Shown here piece by piece: positions 1-6,355 of a stretch of 10,212 nucleotides of DNA; within the stretch, counting starts at the first letter, position 1; each line of letters starts with the position of its first letter. The DNA is from Desulfohalobiaceae bacterium (lineage in GTDB: Bacteria > Desulfobacterota > Desulfovibrionia > Desulfovibrionales > Desulfothermaceae). The notes below the pieces were generated by a model that did not search any database, had not been told where the DNA came from, and saw only the letters and a program-made list of their open reading frames with translations. Location: positions 1-10,212 of the forward strand of contig JAZKRN010000098.1 in assembly GCA_036628655.1 (NCBI GenBank). The letters are read 5' to 3'. Position numbers and translations under genes: made by a program.

Positions 1-35
1 CGGGGGACTGATGCAGGGCGAGTAGGGAGTTGGGG

Positions 36-63
36 GTCGGATATCGGAGGTCGGATATCGGGG
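36..63. repeat. Tandem 14-bp direct repeat GTCGGATATCGGAG x2, i.e. four TCGGA heptamers
   Basis: gtcggat-atcggag-gtcggat-atcgggg read directly from the sequence. Related to an inverted array at 1003-1050. Confidence 0.6.
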
Positions 64-244
64 ACCTGAGCCGGAACCGGTGATCCGGAGCTAAAGAATT
101 GGTGGTCTCGGGCGAGGGCGGAGGCCATCATTTACAAGACACCGCTGTTCCGGATGACCCCGGCGTGTCCCCGAGGCTCGGCCGGGTGACCGCGGCTGTC
201 CGACCTCAGACAATGGCGGGCGGCGGTCCTTGGTTGCATGTTCA

Positions 245-274
245 GGGGCAACCCTCTGTGGATTGCCCCTTTTT
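245..274 (+). terminator. Rho-independent terminator-like hairpin (GGGGCAA / TTGCCCC stem, 11-nt loop) followed by TTTTT
   Basis: 7-bp GC-rich perfect stem at 245-251 and 263-269, then a T5 tract at 270-274 on the plus strand. No upstream plus-strand CDS is visible; all three frames carry stops in 1-240. Confidence 0.4.
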
Positions 275-432
275 ACACGAATGCATGCAACGGATTCCTG
301 ATGAGCCTTATCACGAAATTGCGCTGTTAGCCTCAGCCCTCCCCCTTCCTATTCGTGTCGAGCTCTCCTGTTTTCATTCTTACCTCGTGCCGAACCCTCT
401 CCCCGGAACGGGAAACGTGCACCCCGCGGGTT

Positions 433-753
433 TTAGCTCTGCATGGGAAAGCCGGCGTCCTGCCAGGCCTTTACACCCCCCTCAATGACCTTCACGTTCA
501 GATAGCCTTCATCCATTAATCTCTTGGCCAGACCGGCCGAAGTGTTTTCCTGGGGTCAGTTGCAATAAAGGATGATTTCCTGATTTGCATCAATGCTGCC
601 CAGATGGTTGCGGAAGGAAGGCCAGCTCACGGAGCCTTCCAAAAGCAGATTGGCGCACTTGCTCTCGTCCCCGTAGGCGCAGACCAGCTTGGCCCGTCCG
701 GACCGGGTTTCTTCCCAGGCGTATTGGGGTGAAATGCGTGTGATTTCAGTCAT
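433..753 (-). CDS. Rhodanese-like (single-domain sulfurtransferase) protein with an in-frame UGA at 556-558; candidate selenoprotein, about 106 aa if UGA is read as Sec
   Basis: The track ORF 556-753 ends ...IILYCN at a TGA. The same frame continues for 40 more codons (PQENTSAGLAKRLMDEGYLNVKVIEGGVKAWQDAGFPMQS) to a TAA at 433-435. The N-terminus ISPQ..AWEE..., the YC active-site position and the GY.NV...GG..AW..AGFP C-terminus all fit a rhodanese fold on both sides of the TGA. RBS GGGAGG lies 5 nt upstream of the ATG at 753. Could alternatively be a recent nonsense pseudogene. Confidence 0.5.
523..542 (-). promoter_or_regulatory. Candidate bacterial SECIS stem-loop immediately downstream of the in-frame UGA
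   Basis: mRNA reads UGA, 13 nt, then CUUC-GGCC-[GGUCU]-GGCC-AAG. This gives a 4-bp GC stem plus 3 more pairs with a bulged C, and an apical loop containing G and U about 25 nt after the UGA, within the usual bSECIS distance window. Confidence 0.35.
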
Positions 754-1002
754 AATACCTCCCTTTTGCTATGGGGGTTTTGATATTCTTGGAGTGGAAC
801 CATGTGCACCCGTTTCGCGCGACGGTGAAAAATACCCCTAAGTACAGGAATCGTATACTATGGTGAGGGAAAAACAATGTCGGGTCAAGGCGGTTGCTTA
901 TTAGGTGCTCGAGTCTGAGCCATCATCGCGCCCGCCCCTTTGTTCCAGCGCTGACCTAGTTATCCTGCTCACGCTGTTTCCTGCTAGGAAGCCGGCGTTT
1001 CC

Positions 1003-1050
1003 ATCTCCGACATCCGACTTCCGATCACCGATCTCCGACCTCCGGTCCCC
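1003..1050. repeat. Array of six degenerate TCCGAnn heptamers, the inverted counterpart of the 36-63 array
   Basis: cTCCGAca TCCGAct TCCGAtca CCGAtc TCCGAcc TCCGgtcccc. Positions 1028-1045 (CCGATCTCCGACCTCCGG) are the reverse complement of 44-61 (TCGGAGGTCGGATATCGG) with one mismatch. GGTCCCC at 1044-1050 versus GGGGACC at 60-66. Confidence 0.6.
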
Positions 1051-1757
1051 AAATTGCTGGCACTCAGGGGTATCCTTCTCATCATATGCGTTCTTTGACT
1101 GGAATCGGAGCGGCAAAATCGGAGGAAAAAACGCTGAACTGTGAACGCAGTAGGTTGAATTCCGAGCGGAGACGGAGAACGCAAAAAAGGACCCAATATG
1201 TGCATTAGTAATGTTTATTAAATAGTAAATATTATTATTTAGAATGAAGATTTTTTTGTGATGTCAAGCACGTGTCTCGTCTTACCAAATAAAAACGTGA
1301 TTGGGACAATACTTAAGTTGAAGCGGGAAGAAATACATAAGCTTTTGATCTTGTTGCATTACATATCAATACTGGAGAAAAGAGACAGCGCGTAACTCAA
1401 ACATTAACGTGGGTACTTTTAAAAGTTGGCAGTGTAGGCAATTATAAAGAAAATTTGTGAACAAATTTACTCAAACATGTTTGAGATTGAGATAAGATAA
1501 AGAGATTTTGTTACAAGAATGTATATAACAAATAATTGATGAGCGATGATTTGTACTATTTGTTTGCAATTTTGCTGTATTAATTTGTAAGAGAATTTGC
1601 ATTAAAGATTGTGTCCATATTGCCGATAACCACTGTACGTGAATCTTATTTCCTTGAAGGTGGTTTTGGAAGGCTAGAGCTTCAGAAAAGGATAGGGAAT
1701 GATTTTGTTTGACGCACTTTTTTATCATTTTGTTATGGTAAATTGGAGGACAAAGGG

Positions 1758-1785
1758 TTGACATGATTGTCGACTTGATTATTAT
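1758..1785 (+). promoter_or_regulatory. Sigma70-like promoter candidate inside the AT-rich island (TTGACA-16 nt-TATTAT)
   Basis: TTGACA at 1758-1763, 16-nt spacer, TATTAT at 1780-1785. No convincing ORF downstream, so it may drive a small RNA or be fortuitous in AT-rich DNA. Confidence 0.2.
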
Positions 1786-2286
1786 GAAATTTGTGAGGGG
1801 ATGCATTGCGTTTTGTCGCAAGGGATAAGGCTTTCAATTCTTTCAAAGTTATAGACTTGCAGCTATAGTGCAGCTTTAATATAGACATGGTTTAATTGGA
1901 AACACAACACTCATTAAGTTGCAATGATTGAAAGCGTTTTTCTTTTGGCTGAAGCTGAGATCATACATGTAAAGCTGTTGCACACATGAACGGAACTCAG
2001 GAGTTACTTCATAGTTGAACTGATGAATGTGTATATGTTTTGGTGAAGGAACATATGTGGTTAAGCAGGTTCAATCAAAACTCATTAGAGTGTTCTGTAG
2101 ATCACAGATACTGAATATTTTTTTGCAGACGCATGAGGGTGTAGGAGTTGTTCGGGAATAATCATACAGAGAAAGATGTCGAGCGCCTCATCTTTTGGAA
2201 AACTAAGCTCAAACAGGCGAGGAACTTGAAATGAAAGTGCGTATGCGTTTTTAGGAAACCTCTAAAAATACGTGAAAGGCGCCATT

Positions 2287-2511
2287 ATGTTCACAGGAAC
2301 ATGCCGCATTGTGTGGGAGTGCCCGAGCTGTGGGACAATCTATGGCGGCGTCGTTGAAGGCGGCGTGGTCAAGCTCTGTCAGTGGTGTCCCCATCGCGGT
2401 GTTTGCGATGCAGCTGAGCGGGATGATATCCCCAGAGCGGAGCGGCTGTGTCAGAGCTCCGAATGCATTTTGGCCCAGGTACTGAACGGATACTCTCATG
2501 CAAAGATTTGA
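2287..2511 (+). CDS. Small zinc-ribbon-like protein (two CxxC pairs: CPSCG...17 aa...CQWCP), 74 aa
   Basis: The track ORF 2272-2511 starts at a GTG with no RBS. The in-frame ATG at 2287 has AAAGG 7 nt upstream. The Cys pattern WECPSCG / KLCQWCPH is typical of zinc ribbons. GC-rich codon use like the core genes. Confidence 0.4.
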   Translation: MFTGTCRIVWECPSCGTIYGGVVEGGVVKLCQWCPHRGVCDAAERDDIPRAERLCQSSECILAQVLNGYSHAKI

Positions 2512-2579
2512 CGAATAGCAGCCTGTTGAAAAAGTCCTTATCAGGCAAAGCGTTCAAAAATCTCGTGGGTCAAGCGCGA

Positions 2580-2647
2580 CCCGGCACTCACTTTCGCCCC
2601 CGAAGTTCAATATATTACGAGCAAACATAAAAAAAGTGAGTGCCGGG
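2580..2647. repeat. Perfect 15-bp inverted repeat (CCCGGCACTCACTTT / AAAGTGAGTGCCGGG) separated by a 38-nt AT-rich spacer
   Basis: Arms at 2580-2594 and 2633-2647 read directly. No T-tract follows, so it is not a classical terminator. Possible protein binding site or long RNA hairpin. Confidence 0.55.
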
Positions 2648-3225
2648 CAAGGTCGTAGTTTACCCCGCCTGCCCCGTAGCTCAGCCTTGTGATGCTACCG
2701 GGGTGAAACCTTCTTTTGTTTCACTGGGGCGTAGTGAGCCTCCATGAGAGCTTGAACTTTTAGAAGCAGCGTAGCACGTGTACGATTTTCAACGCCCTGA
2801 TAGGGTGCAGTTGTTTCAGCGCACAGGCTGTATCCGCTCTGGCCAGTATCGAGACGTACTCCTTCGGGTTGATCCGAATGCATTGGCCGCTCCGCAAGGA
2901 CATGCGTGACCGCGATGGCACACTAAGTCCGTAAACAGGTATACGTACGACCACCACCTTTCCGGATAGCCAATCCGGATAATAGCGGCCAAAACGTATT
3001 TCATGCAGGGCCGCAGCGAAGAATGAGCTCCGGAGATTGATTGTTTGAAAACGTATCGCGAAAAGCGAATCACAAGGATTCCTTTGACAATCGGACCACT
3101 TGTACAGCCCTGCCGTTTTTGTGCCCCTGAGCTTGGGCCGTGCCCCTTTTTGGGACGAAAGCTGGCCACGATGGCAGCAATCGGCTCCCAGGAAGGGCTG
3201 ATGAGAAAGCCTGCGCAGGAAATCT

Positions 3226-3259
3226 GGGGGATGCGGTGATCCGTATCCCCCTTTTTTTT
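3226..3259 (+). terminator. Strong Rho-independent terminator
   Basis: GGGGGATGCGG-tgat-CCGTATCCCCC forms an 11-bp stem with one G.U wobble, followed by T8 at 3252-3259. It ends a roughly 700-nt stretch with no convincing CDS. Confidence 0.7.
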
Positions 3260-3307
3260 GTCTGAGGGGCCTTGGCCGGGTAAGCGTTCTTCGTTCCCTG
3301 TTATTGG

Positions 3308-3336
3308 TTTGTCGATTTGGCTTGAAATGGTATACT
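3308..3336 (+). promoter_or_regulatory. Candidate sigma70 promoter for the MucR-family gene with an extended -10 (TGgTATACT)
   Basis: TG at 3328-3329, TATACT at 3331-3336, weak -35 TTTGTC at 3308-3313 with a 17-nt spacer. Implies a 5' UTR of about 135 nt. Confidence 0.3.
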
Positions 3337-3478
3337 CAAAATGAATGAATGTGTACCTCCTCGTCATGGAGACAGCCCACGCAGCGGCGGTTCGATTACG
3401 GGAATCCGCGCGGAATGGAAGCAAAGATTCGGGAGGCGTCATTCATCCATATATCTCTGATCAATAAGGAGGGCAGGC

Positions 3479-3883
3479 ATGGACGAGTACATGAAAGAAT
3501 CCCTTGAGATCGCCAAGGCACAGGCGAAAGTCCGGAATATGACCGAGGACGAGATCGCTTCGCTGGTGCAGAACCTGGCGAACAGCCTCAGGAATCTGGA
3601 GGCGGGCAAGCCGGCAGAAGGATCCAGGCAGCATCAGGAGCCGGCTGTGGATCCCAAGAAGGCTATTCGTGAAAAATCGGTCATCTGCCTGGAGTGCGGT
3701 GCGTCCTTCAAGCTCCTCTCCAAGAAGCATCTCGCCCAGCACGAACTTACTCCGCAGGAGTACAAGGAGAAATGGGGCTTCAAGAGCAATCAGGCCCTTG
3801 TTGCGAAGTCCCTCTCCAGGAAGCGCAGGCAGAAGATGCAGGAGATGGAGCTCTGGAAGCGGCGCGGGGTCGTTAAGGCGTAG
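3479..3883 (+). CDS. mucR: Ros/MucR family zinc-finger transcriptional regulator
   Basis: C-terminal motif ICLECGASFKLLSKKHLAQHELTPQEYKEKWGF matches the Ros/MucR signature (CLECG..FK.LKRHL..H...TP.EYREKW) and is followed by a basic tail. RBS AAGGAGGG lies 6 nt upstream of the ATG. Confidence 0.85.
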   Translation: MDEYMKESLEIAKAQAKVRNMTEDEIASLVQNLANSLRNLEAGKPAEGSRQHQEPAVDPKKAIREKSVICLECGASFKLLSKKHLAQHELTPQEYKEKWGFKSNQALVAKSLSRKRRQKMQEMELWKRRGVVKA

Positions 3884-3977
3884 GTCGGGTGCCCTCTTTC
3901 CTGGAATAAAGGCTTGAAGCGGCGCGGCTTTCTCGGGCCGCAGCTGCAATGCCCCCTCCCTTTTTTTGTGTTTAAAA

Positions 3978-4008
3978 GGCCCCGCGTTGAGCGGGGTCTT
4001 TGCTCTTT
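3978..4008 (+). terminator. Probable intrinsic terminator after the MucR-family gene
   Basis: GGCCCCGC-gttga-GCGGGGTC stem of 8 bp with one G.U, then TTTGCTCTTT. AAAA precedes it, so it could act in both directions. Confidence 0.4.
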
Positions 4009-4144
4009 GGGGCACCTTGTCCCGCCCCTGCCTTTTCTCCACTCGAAACCATTGTGCACGGACGCGGGTGGTTGTCTTGACATATCAAAATTGTTGCGAT
4101 GACGTATGCAGGAACACACGAAACGCCACCCTGCGAAGGAAAGA

Positions 4145-5059
4145 ATGAAAGCGGTAATGCGCAAAGCGATCCACCCAATTCCCCTGCTCGGGATTTGCCT
4201 CCTCGTGCTGCTGCTCGGCTGCGAGGGCGTCAATCTGCGACAGGCCAAGGAGGCCGGCGAGGACGCGGTCAAGGCGGTCACCCTGTCCGAGGAACAGGTC
4301 CGGGAGCTGGCCCGGCGGGCCGCGGAGAGGGCGGACGAGGAGCACGAGCTCGCCCCGCCCGAAAGCAGCTACTCTGGACGCCTCGAGCGCCTGGTCCGGG
4401 AACACGGCGAGGAGGAGGGCCATTCCTACGAATACAGGGTCTATCTCTCCTCCAAGGTGAACGCCTTTGCCATGGCTGACGGCTCCATACGGATCTACAG
4501 CGGGCTGATGGACAAGATGAGCGATCAGGAGCTTCTGTTCGTGCTCGGGCACGAAATGGGGCACGTGGTGGAGAACCACATTATGAAGAAAATGCGGGTG
4601 GCCCTTGCGGGCAGCGCCCTCCGCAAGGGGATCGCCTCCCAGGAGAACGTGATCGGCGAGCTTGCGGAGTCGCAGCTGGGCGGGCTGGTCAACAAGCTCA
4701 TCCAGGCACGGTTCTCCCGGGAGGAGGAAGAGGAAGCGGACCGATACGCTGTGCGCTTCATGCAACAGGAGGGGTACAATCCCCACAAGAGCGTCTCCGC
4801 CCTGAAGAAGCTTGGGGCCATGAGCGCAGGGAGCTCCCTCCTCTCCAGCCACCCCGCCCCGAAGGCGAGGGCCGAGAAGGTGAAGGAGCAGCTCCGCTCC
4901 GGGTTGGAGGACGAGGAGGATACCGGGATCTGGGACACGATTTGGGGACTGTTGCGGACAATCGGTCACTGGGTGGTCGATGCGATCGCCTGGGTGATCG
5001 ATCTGATTCCGGGGGTGGAAATCCCCTCCGAAGATCCCCAAAAGGCGATGGAGGTCTGA
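4145..5059 (+). CDS. M48-family zinc metallopeptidase, lipoprotein (YcaL/LoiP/BepA-like)
   Basis: HEMGH (HExxH) motif, NAFAMADGSIRIYSGLM and a lipobox LLLGC after MKAVMRKAIHPIPLLGICLLVLLLGC. The track ORF begins at 4106, but the ATG at 4145 has GAAGGAAAGA just upstream and yields a proper lipoprotein signal peptide. Confidence 0.8.
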   Translation: MKAVMRKAIHPIPLLGICLLVLLLGCEGVNLRQAKEAGEDAVKAVTLSEEQVRELARRAAERADEEHELAPPESSYSGRLERLVREHGEEEGHSYEYRVYLSSKVNAFAMADGSIRIYSGLMDKMSDQELLFVLGHEMGHVVENHIMKKMRVALAGSALRKGIASQENVIGELAESQLGGLVNKLIQARFSREEEEEADRYAVRFMQQEGYNPHKSVSALKKLGAMSAGSSLLSSHPAPKARAEKVKEQLRSGLEDEEDTGIWDTIWGLLRTIGHWVVDAIAWVIDLIPGVEIPSEDPQKAMEV

Positions 5060-5181
5060 TTGGTCTGTCCGGCGTGCTGGTTTTTTTCTGAAGACCAATG
5101 GGCTCTAACAAACCCGGCTCTTCGTCAACTCGTTGTGTGGTGCATCCGACAGGGCTGTTTACGAACCATTGCTTCCGCTAT

Positions 5182-5493
5182 GGTAACTATTCAGCACCTC
5201 CCTGGATTCAGCCTGAATGTTCGCGGGGTTTTTTGAATCTATCCAGCGTAGACTCTGTTCGATTTTCTTCGCTCGCCACGTGGGGGAAACCCGACCGTGA
5301 AAATGCTCATCATGGACTCAAGCTCATTACTGAAGGTGTTTTGCCGAGCCTTGGAACAAGAGCAGCGAAGGAGAGTCGGGTGGGGGCAGGGATGCCCCCA
5401 CGTGGCGAGCGTTAGAAAATCCAGAGTCGGAGGTTCAAGATTCAAAAAGGCCCCGCGAACATGTCGGTTTCGGAAGATGGTGAATAGTTACCC
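5182..5493. repeat. About 310-bp imperfect inverted duplication (two ~115-bp arms around an ~80-bp centre) in the M48-SprT intergenic region
   Basis: Three nested exact or near-exact inverted blocks. Outer: GGTAACTATTCA 5182-5193 vs 5481-5492. Middle: ATGTTCGCGGGGTTTTTTGAATCT 5217-5240 vs 5435-5462, 2 mismatches. Inner: GACTCTG..GATTTTCT..CGCTCGCCACGTGGGGG 5251-5286 vs 5395-5435. Each arm holds the palindrome CCACGTGG, and CCGCTATG flanks both ends in the same orientation. Confidence 0.6.
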
Positions 5494-5568
5494 GCTATGT
5501 GTCATTTTTCCTCTGTACCCTGTCTTCTGGCCAGCCCATAGCCTCATTTTATCAAAAGTGGAGATCCC

Positions 5569-6123
5569 GTGCTCACCGTCGACTCCGGCATCCCCCACGA
5601 GATCAGGCAGCGCTTCGAGGATGAATACGCCGCGATCCGCTCCCTCGTGCCGGATTCCAAGGCCTTCGACTCCGCGCGCAAGCACGTGTGCTTCAACAAC
5701 CGCTTGCGCACCTCTGCCGGGCGGGCAATCCAGGACCGGAACAACCGGCACTGCTGGCGGATCGAGCTCAATCCCAAATACTATGCGACATACGGCCTGG
5801 AGCGGGTGATCGGGACCTACAGGCACGAGCTCGCCCATGTGGCGGCCTGGGTCTTTTATCGGGAGCCTGGGCACACCAGGAACTTCAAACGGTTCTGCGA
5901 GCTGTTCGGCGGCACGATGAATCCCGACCAGGCCGGGAAGCGGGCATCCGCCAACGCCACAACAGAGTATCTAACCACTCCCCCCAAGTGGCGCTACACT
6001 TGCCCCTCCTGCGGGCTCACTTTTACCAGAAAACGCCGGCTGCCGAATAAGACCATCGAGCGGGCCTGGTGCGTTCAGTGCCGAACACCGGCTCGCAAGC
6101 TTCTGAGGGAGCAGTTGCGGTAG
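5569..6123 (+). CDS. sprT: SprT-like zinc metalloprotease with a C-terminal zinc ribbon
   Basis: HExxH in TYRHELAHVAAW, then GHTRNFKRFCELFGG, and a CPSCG...CVQC C-terminus typical of SprT-family proteins. GTG start at 5569 with GGAG 5 nt upstream. Confidence 0.8.
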   Translation: MLTVDSGIPHEIRQRFEDEYAAIRSLVPDSKAFDSARKHVCFNNRLRTSAGRAIQDRNNRHCWRIELNPKYYATYGLERVIGTYRHELAHVAAWVFYREPGHTRNFKRFCELFGGTMNPDQAGKRASANATTEYLTTPPKWRYTCPSCGLTFTRKRRLPNKTIERAWCVQCRTPARKLLREQLR

Positions 6124-6164
6124 GAAAGCAGACCAGCTGGATTCAGGACGGGCAGCTCGCTATG

Positions 6165-6194
6165 GCCCTTGGAGGAGCTCCGGGGGCTTTTTTT
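6165..6194 (+). terminator. Rho-independent terminator downstream of the SprT-like gene
   Basis: GCCCTTGGAG-gag-CTCCGGGGGC gives a 10-bp stem including two G.U pairs, followed by T7 at 6188-6194. Confidence 0.6.
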
Positions 6195-6355
6195 GAGCTC
6201 TCGGATTCAATGGACATCATGGAAAGCAGCAGTTGCATTCGAAGCAAGTGCGCTAATAACGTTATCGGTTATTGGAGAATTGGAGAATTGGGGAATGGGT
6301 AAAGAAAAATGCGTTCACCGCCCGCTCCCTTCGGTCGCTCGACGTGCGGGACATT

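Noticed and set aside
99-488. 129-aa plus ORF across the left non-coding region
   Set aside because: Runs straight through a terminator hairpin and into the convergent rhodanese gene's 3' end. No RBS, G/P/R-rich product with no motif. Treated as GC noise.
1427-1450. Sigma54-like TGGCAG..GCAAT motif, plus other TTGCA hits in the AT island and upstream of the pilin
   Set aside because: GG-to-GC spacing is off by 2 or more nt relative to TGGCAC-N5-TTGCW; sigma54 tolerates little spacing change. A similar partial match at 9105-9121 (TGGCAC-ttccc-TTTTTC) lacks the GC of the -12 element.
1471-1821. 116-aa minus ORF inside the AT-rich island
   Set aside because: Low-complexity I/N/K/L-rich translation typical of AT-rich non-coding DNA. 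No RBS.
2580-2647. Possible integron attC site or IS terminal inverted repeats
   Set aside because: Lacks the RYYYAAC / GTTRRRY core pairs of attC. The arms are only 68 bp apart with no transposase. Retained as a generic inverted repeat only.
2671-2703. tRNA-like 5' sequence GCCCCGTAGCTCAGCC
   Set aside because: Resembles an acceptor/D-arm start, but no D-loop GG/AGAGC, anticodon arm or GGTTCGAATCC-type T-arm could be found on either strand. It folds instead as a simple hairpin with GCTACCGGGG. At most a fragment.
2816-3442. 208-aa minus ORF spanning the long non-coding tract and the mucR promoter region
   Set aside because: No RBS, no recognisable domain, an S/R/P/G-biased composition, and it overlaps a plus-strand terminator and promoter. 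Kept only as a possible decayed-gene remnant within the broader finding on this tract.
3461-5111. Long minus-strand ORFs (3461-4042, 3790-4281, 4085-5098, 4525-4938, 4758-5111) and plus ORF 4099-4479 overlapping mucR and the M48 gene
   Set aside because: Antisense or out-of-frame ORFs typical of high-GC DNA. Their products are low-complexity and rich in R/P/G/S/A/L, they lack RBSs and they lack domain motifs. The plus-strand genes mucR and M48 have clear family signatures.
5297-6050. Plus ORFs 5297-5809 and 5688-6050 and minus ORFs 5488-5874 and 5544-5777 overlapping the SprT-like gene
   Set aside because: Frames alternative to a gene with a clear HExxH plus zinc-ribbon signature; no RBS; low-complexity products.
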